Shown here: one piece after another, positions 54,341 to 64,000 of the stretch | Numbering within the stretch: the first letter of the stretch is position 1 | Layout of the letters: each line of letters opens with the position of its first letter | Origin: Macrostomum lignano | Taxonomy: Eukaryota | Direction: 5' to 3' | Assembly (NCBI GenBank): GCA_002269645.1 | Contig: NIVC01003206.1 | Span: forward strand, 47,452-111,451 | Length of the DNA stretch: 64,000 nt | Position numbers and translations under genes: made by a program | The notes under the pieces: model-generated | Told to the model about the DNA's origin: nothing | What the model saw: only the letters and a program-made list of their open reading frames with translations | Database searches by the model: none

Positions 54341-56669
54341 ACTGGTATCCGAGGAGGGTTGAAAAAAAAACGCGAAACTAATGAAACGACTTCACTGTTC
54401 CAATTGACATCTTCTGAATATAGGGAGGGGCATGTGGTGTATCGCACACTGAGACGCTCTATAGTTTATATAAGTTCAAGTTCGTTATTCAATGCCGTTT
54501 GTTTGCACTAATCGCCTCTAAGCATTCTATCGCTACAGTTTCTTCTATGGTAATTAACCCAGCCCAAAGTTGCTAGAGCTCACCCTTTTGATCTCTTTCA
54601 AATAAGAAATATGAAGAATCTTAAGCTCATGAGTTAAATACTTCAGCCGGAGTTCAATTCACAACACATTTCTTTGAACATAACAACGCAGTTTCGCTGG
54701 ATTTCAAACTTGCAAGTACCGATTGAGTCACCTGTGCAGCGTCAGAGTTTCTGTTCCGACTTCCCCTGTGCCGGCAAGCTGCATGTACAGTGTTCTGGGA
54801 TGAGGCAATGGCAACAGCTTCCTTAGCTGTGAGTATGCCGATCTACTGATCAATTATAGCAAGGCCGCTTGTCGCACCAGCGTGATGTCGTAACGGGGAT
54901 TGTTGTAACTGACTAGTGCAAGCCTCAGTTGCTGAATCAAAAACATTATCGATGGATCAATCTGGGATTCAAGCTCGGCATTTGCGGTCAAAGTACTCGG
55001 CATTTTCTTTACAAATGCTGTTATCTCGTGTTGAACTTTAGATTCGGAATTCTTGCATCGTACAATGACAGCATCAAATTGGGACCAATACTTTAGTGTC
55101 GGTTGAAATCCCAGCAAGTCTCGAATCAAAACTGGCGTGTGCATATTGAATGCGCGAACGGAGAAGTTTGGGTCAATAAAAACCCGAACAGAAATTTCTC
55201 CATCTGCATCTAACGAAAACAGGTGGACTTCTTCGCCAAGGATGGTGGCGATCACCGCATGCTGAGTCACAACTTCCGCGTCCTTGACAACCACTTGGAA
55301 CGTTTCCCATTCGGGCAAGACATCCAGCTGTCGAAATGCATCCAGTTCATCTGCATCCACGTTCCTAGCGCCAGATGACAACACCTCGCATGTCTACTTG
55401 TCGATCACTGCCTGAAATTTAAAGCTTTTGAACAGTAGTTAATTATGATGAGCACGCTATCAAACAATAAATTTTCTGTAGCAATCTGCCTTAAGCTATG
55501 CGTACCTTGCGTCTGTATGAAGCGCGAAGAGGGAAAGCCAGAGAAGACAGAAGGTGGATCTTTGGTCTTTCATAACGACCATTCTTCAACATGGGGGTGT
55601 CGCTTGGCCAGTGCTTTTGGCAGATACCCATGTGTTCAGTCACTTTCTAGAATTGTAAATTTTATTGTAGTCGTTATTTTTAACAATTAGTTTGTATTAA
55701 ATTCATCCACGCATATGATCGCTTAGAATTAACATAGCTTTCTTACCTCCAAAATATTTGGTAGGGTTTGTCTCCAACGCTCCCGTTCTCGTGCATCTCG
55801 AGGAAAAGCAAATATTCTTGTTCGGCTTTCTTTAGAGTTATAGTTTGTTCTGCAGTTAAAGACGCTGCACTTTCTCGGCATTTTTCACATTCGCACAAGA
55901 GTTGAAGGCTTGTTATTTGCCCTCACACTTCTTGAGACTTGAGAGTTACCAGCCCCCAACTTTTTTCACCATGATTTGGCTTGTTTCGCGTCCCGAGTGT
56001 TTTAGTTGTCCCTGATACATGTAGCAATAAACAGGGCCATTTTATTCCTGGTCCTGTTCCCGGCTTCTTGTTCCGTAACCTGTAACTGTGCCTCTTCCAT
56101 AGTTTTCTTTCTTATTTTGACCTAGTGTTTTTCACCCCATTATACTTTTATTTTCTGCTGAGCTAGTGTCCTCAGGGTTGTTTAACCAGCTAAGTTGCTA
56201 CTGCCCACCATGGTTACGATCGATTCAATCATTTGTTCAAGCAATCTTCTAATTTTCAATTCCAGTATGAAGGTTTATCTTATTAATCTTGTAACTTTTC
56301 CATATCCAGTAGCTAATAGTAAATGAGGAGCCACAGAAACGCCATAAAATTCTCAGCTCTGATTTGTCTGTCCAAACAAGGCGACATTCCGCGAACCGAA
56401 GTTACGTGGAAGTCTCGGTTTTTTTCTAATGGCGCAACCCGGACCGGACTGCTTAAAAATCTCTTCGCCAACGTTAAATAGACGAAATTTAATTATAATG
56501 TATTTTTTCAATGCTTATTAATACAGGCTTAGAGTGTAGCGCTGGCTACCAAAAGATTAGGACGATTAATTAAGTTGAGCCAAAGGTTAAATCTCGGCTG
56601 GGGGCGATCTCGTCTATTTAATAAAAATAAAGTACAGTTAGTTTGGGGCTGCAACCGAAAGTTGGAGTT

Positions 56670-57630
56670 TGGGCCATAGACAACCTAGCTTGTGGGCACT
56701 CAAAAGAAAAAAAAACTTTTATTAAACGCAGGGACAGTGGGAAACAAGGCGCTACAAGAGCATCTGTCAATGATCGTCAAATTGCTAAACAATGCACAAA
56801 TACAAATGTTTTTGTGTCGATCAATACGTCGCACTATCAGATACCTCGAACAATTGCAATGCAGGATATTTAAAGCGAAAAGAACTCGCCAGAATTGCAG
56901 TCAATATTGAAATGGATTATTATGTCGAGCTTCTTTATGTTGAGCAGTGGCTGAACCATTGTCGGCTGATTTTCCATGCAGGAATGGCATTCTTGCACTC
57001 TTTTGCGTGCAGGAATGGATTTATATGGTAAAATCTCACTGAAAAAGCATTAGGCGCAGAAATGCATTCCTGCACAGTTTTGTGCATTCCTGCACGATGA
57101 ATAATCCGACAATGGGATTCCTTCACGTTCACTCGTGCGTGAAGGACATCGTGTACTCGTGCGCTAGCGCGCACTCGTGCAGATGTCATTCCCGCACTCG
57201 TGACCGTGCAGGAATCATTCATTCTTATTTGATCCAGCGTGCAAGAATGCTTTGGAAGTCGCCATATGCGTGCAGAAATGCAAGTGTCTATGGTAAAAGC
57301 ACCTTGAATTTACATGTGCACTCCGTGCAGGAATGTCAATCGTGCAAGAATGTAATGCGCAATGTTTCTATATTTAGCATAACAGCCATAGACTAATCTT
57401 CTGAGCATAATCTTCTTTCCATCGTGCAAGAATGGAGGAATCTAGCACGCTGACGAGTGCGTCAATGGCTGAAACACGAGTGCGCGTAGCGCACGAGGGT
57501 TTTTGCCATAGACGCACAAGTCAAAGTGCTTGATTCCCATTCTTATTTGATCTAAATAAGTGGATTTGTGGCTAAAGTAGACAAGGGTGGAGCTGGGGGT
57601 GTGGAGTTAGACTTTAACCATAGACAAAAT
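56670..57630. repeat. Degenerate mosaic of DNA-transposon-like fragments
   Basis: Repeated CCATAGAC/GTCTATGG and GTGCAGGAAT/ATTCCTGCAC motifs in both orientations; no TSD resolved. Confidence 0.35.
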
Positions 57631-57804
57631 ATGCGCGAGCTGGTCTGAACATTCTCAGCCGACTGGCAGCAGCTAGTGCACAGCATCAAACCAAGGACAA
57701 CTTGAAAACTTGATTCAACACGCTACCTTTAACAGTCGAATTAAAAGTATTTTTTCATAGAAGCAGTCTAAATTCACTCCGAATCGTTACAGACTTGCAA
57801 GGAA

Positions 57805-59958
57805 ATGTTTTTGTCTCAGCTAGCCGACAGAATATCGGTCAAGATCAGGTACCGCCAACTATTAATACTTACCATCGCTTCAATACTAAGCCTAGGCTTA
57901 CTTTTAGCCTTTTGGCCAAGGAGCAGCGAGATTACGTGCGAACAGACGACGGGAGTACCGAAGCCAAGAAGACAGATGCCGCAATTGCCGTCTCCTGAAT
58001 TCTACATCCAGAAGCTGAGAAGACAGACACCGCCTCGTGGTGACGAGTTCGATCCTCGGATAAATGAGACCGAGCTGAGAGCCACTGTGAAACTGATATG
58101 GGCGTTTCTGGACCTGTGCGAGAAGAACGGAATTCAGGTGATGCTGCTCGGAGGCACTCTGCTGGGCTCCTACCGGCATCACGGCTTCATTCCGTGGGAT
58201 GACGACCTCGACCTGTTTCTCAAATGGGCCGACAACAAGAAGCTGTTAAAGGCATTTCAAGGGTATGATATCGTGATGAACATTTTAATTTATGAAAATG
58301 TGAGACTTTGCATTTAGGGATTAAGCTTAGCCTTCAGGCTCAATTATCACTATCACTATCAAGTATGAGATTCGAGTTTACGGCTCATGTTTTAATGAAG
58401 TCGGTAAAAGCGAAGAAAAAGTCCTTTAATGGCTCCCACCATTCTGCAACGAGGAGGTTTGGTTTCTCAAGACTTCAGGTCAGATCGATTATGACTTCGC
58501 TAACTCGAGGACGTTCTTAAGTCGTCCTTATGGCATGCTAGGTACCTGGCTTAAGCGTAAAACTTCAAATGTATAAATAACAGGGGACGCTAGATTTCAC
58601 GCGACTTGAACTTGAAGCGACTGATTTCTCGCAACTGGATTTAAAGCGACTGGATTTAGAGCGACTGGATTTGAGTTAGAGAATAGGTTTTTTCATTTAA
58701 GAGATTAAATTTATTTACGAGCTTTTAACAGTCGCGTGAAATCCAGTCGTCGCTTGAATTCCAGGTTGTTCAAAATCCAGTCGCGCTAATGCTGTCGCGC
58801 GAAATCAAGTCGCTAGAAAGAAGTCGCTTCAATTCCAGGTCGCGCAATTTCCAGTCGTGCTAGAGAAATTGAGAAGTCTAGGCCTAGGGAATAAAGTTTT
58901 GTGACGTCAAGAGAGTTACAATAAAGTCTCGTACGCAAACAGAGTATTCGAGAAACGGCTCGACCTTTATTTGGTACGATATGAAGCCTCAGGGAAGTTG
59001 GTTGCATTATAGCTTGCGTCATGTCTCTGATGTCTCTATCTTCACGTCTTCTTTGAGTCTATATCTGACGTCTCTATGACGTCTCTATCTCTATCTCTAT
59101 ATCTATCTCTATCTCTATCTCTATCTCTATCTCTATCTCTATCTCTATCTCTATCTCTGTCTCTATCTCTATCTCTATCTCATCATTAGGTAAGAACTTT
59201 TCCTCTACAGTATTGTATTGAAAAATTAGAAACTTAATCGGAGATTTTCTGTTCAAATTTATCACGGTTAGCATTTATAAAATTTCAAACCCAACTTAAA
59301 CAGGAAGTGAACCTCAATTTCGAACCCCACAAGTCACTTTGGCCGGCCATGTCAAATTCTTCTAAGGGGTTGGTCTCGCAGTCCTCATGTTTCGCAGTCT
59401 AGATTTTGGTTCTCTAATCTAAACGGTGCTAATCTAAGCGTGCGCTTCTCGCACCACTTGATCTCCCTCAGACACCCGGATTTTAATCTGAAAGACGTCG
59501 GATTGTGGAAAGTTTCGCTCAAGTCTGCTTGTCTACACGTGGACGTGAGCGGCTGCTGGCCCTTCATCGACGTGGCATTCTACGAGGTGCAGGGCAGCTG
59601 GATGGTGCAAAAGTTCGGCAGCTTTTACGCGCCGACAAAGTACACGTTTCCGTTGCACAAACGACCGTTCATGGGCCGCTGGGTGGACTCGCCGAGGGAT
59701 ACGGGAAAATTTCTTGCCTACTCGTACTATGGATCCTGGAGAACAGATTTGTGCACAACGTCCATGTATTCGCATAAATACGAAAAAATAATGTTTCCCC
59801 GAAAATACTCCCTAAGCTGCATCAAGCTCACAAAAACCTACCCGTTTGTCTTCCGTGTCCCGGACAGCGCACCGTGGTGTCGAGGCGTCATGGAGAGCCT
59901 GAGACTTCCAGACGGTGAACTGGTGTACACGGTGATGGTAGATGAGCCGGTGGCCTGA
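57805..59958 (+). CDS. LicD/fukutin-family nucleotidyltransferase-fold type II membrane protein, 314 aa. Exons 57805-58262 and 59472-59958
   Basis: N-terminal TM LLILTIASILSLGLLLAFW; GGTLLGSYRHHGFIPWDDDLDL; WPFIDVAFY. The phase-2 GT-AG intron gives 945 nt. Confidence 0.88.
58584..58870. mobile_element. Palindromic MITE-like element in the LicD intron
   Basis: GATTTCACGCGACT (58592) pairs with AGTCGCGTGAAATC (58730). Multiple GCGACTGGATTT / AAATCCAGTCGC subrepeats occur in opposite orientation. Confidence 0.55.
59075..59182. repeat. (TCTCTA)n microsatellite
   Basis: Directly visible. Confidence 0.95.
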
Positions 59959-61856
59959 TCGATACGGAATTAAGCGAGTGAAGCAAGTCCTGCACAGATT
60001 TTCTGGTGGTGCTAAATATGTTAATGAACTAAACAATCGTTCTCAGTGTTGCACGAACTGTTTGTTAGATATATTCTAGGCAATTTTCTAATTGAATTGA
60101 TTCATAATTTTTAACAATCGTAGTGTTGGTTTGCTTCTATGCAAGAATAATAATACATAATAGTCGAGTGCTTGTTTTCCTAATATGAAACAATTATTTT
60201 CGGGTTTTTTTCTTCTTACTTCAGGCTCTCTTCTATATTTTAATTTCTTCAGGGAACTCATCCCTTCACGAGTTGATCAAAACAGGCAAATCTGTTTGCG
60301 AAGCTGCATTATTGACAATGTGCTCGGCCTGAGTCTTTAGATTTCAGCAGCATCGCAATGACTCAATCTGCTACAATTTACCAAGTTGGATAGCTCGTAA
60401 TGCAGCACAATTTTTCTACCCGTTTTTCTTTGAGAGAAACTTGTGAAAGGGCAAAAATAACGCGCTCTGTATCAGCAAGAGAAGTTAGACTAACAGCAGC
60501 CCTTTACCAATCGCAAGTTTACGCTTCACCACCTTCACTTAGGAGCGACATTAGAAGCGTTTGCATTGGTTTAGTGCAAGGGGGGCATTTGGGTGTTGGC
60601 TGTCTGGTGGTGTGGTGGGTGCTTTGTACACGCCGTGTGCCTACTTAGGCCGCCAACTCTGTGGCTAGTAGGGTTTGCCCGCGTTAGATTTTTTTAGATG
60701 TACTTCTTCTTCGTCTGAATCAATAGTTCGTGACAATTTCGGTGTTACATGGAAGCCGGACGGGACACTCAGCTTCATAGCAGAATCAATGCACTGCCCA
60801 GTTAAGACAAAATCTAAGCAAGGTCCTTGACTTTGAGTCTTTCATAAACGACCAATTCTTGACAAACTTGGTTTGCACGTGAAACTGAACTCCGGAAATG
60901 ATCCCCTTAATCGATGCAGGTGGATACATCTTGACATTAGCCTTCGGTAATTCAAACAAAAGCATATTGTAGTGCATTTTCTCAATCGTTCTTAGTCCAT
61001 CCGATCATATCGTTTCAGACTTTTAGCTTAATCGTTGGCCTTAACTCTTCATGTATCAATAGAATAACATGCATGAATAGAATTTATTCGACCTGCTTTT
61101 AAGCTTTGCTGTCGTTAAGCCAGGATTCAGCAAGCAATACACCAGTAGGCACTTTTGCGCCGGGGTAAAAACCTCACCACTGGTGCAGGTTGTTCTTTTG
61201 CGAACGCACTCCTTGTAGCACAAGCAACATGCAATACGAGGGTAGATAGCAAACGGCCAGGCTTTGATTAGATATTTTTCTTCACTGTTTTTAACGGTTA
61301 AAACTTATTGTAGATTAGCTACTGCTTGAATTCGAAATGCTTTGATTAGCTAAAACTCTATTGTCAAACAGAAGAAAGAAGAAATTCTGCAACTCTAAAA
61401 AACCTTCATCAGTCATTCTAAGAAGAAGGAATTTTGCTCTTCCTTTGACTAACCGGGGCAAGACAATGGAAAAGAAAGACAATGGGCTTTGCTTAAAATC
61501 GATAATGGGACATCCACTATTCAGTACCACGACATAGACTCGTTTAGCACTTGCCTAGGGCTAACCAAGTCATTTGGAAACAATGCTTCGACAGTGAGCC
61601 ACCGGCTCAACTATGCATGGCTATTCTCATCCCTCGTTCTTTCGCAAGAGATACAGGAGTTTACTGAAATCCTGTTGTTACTATGGAAGCCAGGAGTTGC
61701 CAGGAGTCCCAATCCAATCAGAATCCCGTCAATGGTAAAAAAGCACAGAAAAAGCAACTATTACTTAATAGCTAGTGAGCCAGTTTGAGCACACGAAAAT
61801 TCAAATTTCTGCGCAAAATAAAGCTAAGTAAGTCCTTTCCAATAAAACTTTTTAAA

Positions 61857-63281
61857 ATGAGTATCTTGAGTCTTTTATTTCTAATCAATGCAGCGGTATT
61901 CTTGGCAGATGCGAAATCTTCAGGTGACGATAATTCTTATCCCATTGTGGTCAAACATTTTAGTCAAAACTCAAAGTCAATGATTTAAACCATAAACAGT
62001 TACAGAATTTTCTCCCGAACCGTCTGCCTATGCTGAGGCGACTGCTGTGACGTCATCGATTGGCCAGAGCGAGATCGACTGTGCCATCAAATGCTCCGTT
62101 CTCCAGCCCTACGGCTGCTCAGCCACCACCTTCGTGCCGGAGATGAAGCTCTGCCTTCTGTCTGAGGTCTGGGGCGCAGACTTCTCTGCGGCTGCTCCAG
62201 GCAGACCCATCTATCGGAGGCGGAAGCTTCGGCCGAGTAAGCAACTTTAAAAATCTGTGTTATTTTTTTAGTTTTAAATACAAAGATTAACAGGAACTCA
62301 ACCAGCAGTTTTCTCTTCTCGAAACCAGTTGCGAAAGTTTGCACTCGAACTTTCAAAGTCATTCAGCAGCGACTGCGAGGAATCCAGAGATTTGCTCTCC
62401 CGTGGGCGGCTTATGAAGCTGGATTTGGAGACGCCATTGACTTCTGGCTGGGTGCGTGAAGACTGGGGGAGGGGATAATTTTCCATAACATTTTCGGCAG
62501 TTGTGTGAGCACCTTTTAGAGAATATTCAGGCCACAAATGAGAATATCTCTTAGCACAGAGCTCACTTAGAGGCTCTTGCATTCGAAATTTCTTGAGATG
62601 GTTTGCTCACTCTCGCCAACTTTTTCTGTGCTTTGTTTATCCCATGAGCACACATGCACTCGTCGCTCAAAGACTTTTATTTTTGCTCTGGTCAACTCTC
62701 CCATTATGAGAAAGTAACTGATTATAATATTTTTTCAAAGAACTCTGGATTCGCTTCACATTCCTTTCTTCCTACTTGCCAGTAGGCAGTCTCTTTATTT
62801 AGTATTTTTGGTACCAATGTTAAGGCGTAGAATTTATTAATTTTCAGGATTGAAAAAAATCAACGAGCTGACGGGAAACACGCCCAGAGTGCTGCGGGTG
62901 GAAGCCGTCACCTGGGCTGACAACCTCTTCATCGCTGAGTACTCCGGCTTCACCGTGGGCGACGCCAGCACCAACTACACCATGAAATTCGGCTCTTACC
63001 TCACTGCCAGCTCCAACATGACGGGAGACGCTCTGGCCTTCCAAAACAATAGCCAGTTCTCCACTATGGACCGGGACAACGATGGCAGGTCCGGCTCCAG
63101 CTGCTCTGTGGTCTACTGCGGCAACGGCGGCTGGTGGTACTCGAGCTGCGCCTACTGCAACCCGAGCGGCATCTACGCCACCTCTGCCGTTGCCGATTCT
63201 CTCAGAATGATGAACTGGAGATACGCCACAGGTGGCAGCTATGCGGCTCTGAAAAGCATCCGATTAATGATCGAGGTCTGA
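61857..63281 (+). CDS. Secreted PAN/apple plus fibrinogen-related domain protein, ~284 aa. Exons 61857-61923, 62006-62236, 62329-62451, 62848-63281
   Basis: Signal MSILSLLFLINAAVFLADA; PAN pattern DCAIKC...GCSATTF...LCLL; FReD VIQQR...W..YEAGFG..DFWLG-LKKINELT...FSTMDRDND...GGWWYSSC. All three introns are phase 1, total 855 nt. Confidence 0.87.
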
Positions 63282-63840
63282 ACTTTAATTGCAGACTTGC
63301 AGGTGGAACAGTAAATAATAACAATGGGCCGCTGACACTAATCTGCGCTGAAGATTTCCAAACTTTTACCTTAGAATGAGCACGATTGAAAGAAATTTAT
63401 TAATAGCCTACTCGAAATGTAACACCTTAATCAAGTTTGATGTTAAATCTTTAGTTGATTAGCGATATGGACGCAGAGTATTTATTTGAATTCGTACGAG
63501 TATTTTTCATTCACATCATCGTATAACTCAATTCACCTCTGGCGGACATTGGGAAAAGAGAGACTAAGGATCAGTGCATGAAGATAGCGTATTTCAGAAA
63601 TTAGAAATTCAAGAAACAGAAGTAAAGATATTGCGACCATATTAATATCTCTGACAAACAAAATAGATTTATAGATTAAGATCACACAACACGAATTGAT
63701 TACTATGAATATTATTTGGGTGATATGAAAACACAGAACAAGATCATAGATTGCTTTAGATTCAAAGCTGCTGCATCTGAAGGCGAATGGCAGCAATTCA
63801 TTCGCGACGCCGAGGGCCGGCACTCAGCCGTCCAGAGTGC

Positions 63841-64000
63841 TCATGCTGGTGCCCGCCGACTGCGCCGCCGCTGTCCCGCCACGGTGCCGCCGACGAAGCT
63901 AGGCGGAGGGCTGCACTCGTCTCGCTCCAGCGTGGCGGGCAGCCTCCTCCGATTCGAGCAGTCGCTGCTGCCGCTGCTTTCGCTGTCACTGTCGGTGTCG
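63841..64000 (-). CDS. Possible terminal exon of a gene extending beyond the window
   Basis: GC-rich open frame DTDSDSESSGSSDCSNRRRLPATLERDECSPPPSF...RAPA* followed by AT-rich sequence; no family recognised. Confidence 0.35.
   Translation of the reverse strand, partial: DTDSDSESSGSSDCSNRRRLPATLERDECSPPPSFVGGTVAGQRRRSRRAPA

Larger units (their letters stand above)
51689..54666 (+). mobile_element. Non-autonomous Gypsy (Mag-like) LTR element, 2,978 bp, encoding Gag-PR-IN without RT or RNase H
   Basis: 234-bp LTRs at 51689-51922 and 54433-54666 (TG...CA, 1 mismatch). PBS TGGCGTCGCGG. PPT AGGGAGGGG at ~54422-54430. 5-bp TSD AATTT/CATTT with 1 mismatch. Confidence 0.95.
51590..55881 (-). pseudogene. 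THAP-domain P-type transposase remnant with introns, split by the nested LTR element
   Basis: Exon 55881-55747: MPRKCSVFNC...FAFPRD...RW...LPN. Exon 55646-55506: MGICQKHW...RP(K)DPPSVF. ORF 55384-54854 ends FLIQQLRL..RYD..LL*, then SRSAYSQLRKLLPLPHPRTL and CVVMFKE, continuing across the insertion as IYVQPSVRY...DNPSQAARTILA. Confidence 0.8.
51267..56014 (-). mobile_element. P-element/THAP9-superfamily DNA transposon, internally deleted (~1.77 kb without the nested Gypsy)
   Basis: Imperfect ~70-bp TIRs starting CAGGGACAACTAAAA (51267-51338 and 55948-56014). Exact 8-bp TSD ATACATGT at 51259-51266 and 56015-56022. THAP and transposase remnants lie inside. Confidence 0.9.

Noticed and set aside
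60640-60980. Minus-strand transposase-like fragment (GIISGVQFHVQ)
   Set aside because: Resemblance too weak and short, with no termini found.

Overview
Animal (invertebrate) genomic DNA with GT-AG introns; the gene and repeat style recalls a flatworm such as Macrostomum (inference only). Host genes reconstructed by hand: a ~2,960-aa sacsin-like protein (two Hsp90-like ATPase repeats plus a HEPN domain, three frameshifts), a 4-exon TP53I11/PIG11 homolog, a Vsx/Chx10 homeobox gene, a type I Ig-domain membrane protein, a LicD/fukutin-family transferase and a secreted PAN+fibrinogen-domain protein. About 8 kb of the 20-38 kb interval is minisatellite or microsatellite, mostly intronic, and several repeat units are built from splice-site-like sequence. 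Mobile elements: an RNase H-bearing non-LTR remnant, a CORE-type SINE, an RTE insertion with a 5' inversion and a twin-priming signature, and a young Mag-like Gypsy whose integrase core is scrambled by compensating frameshifts. A THAP/P-element derivative with TIRs and an 8-bp TSD carries a second young Gypsy encoding Gag-PR-IN but no RT or RNase H. A strongly CpG-depleted block carries a dead PHD finger. No CRISPR, rRNA or true tRNA genes were found. All homology calls are by motif recognition from memory; no searches were run, and all counts are manual.
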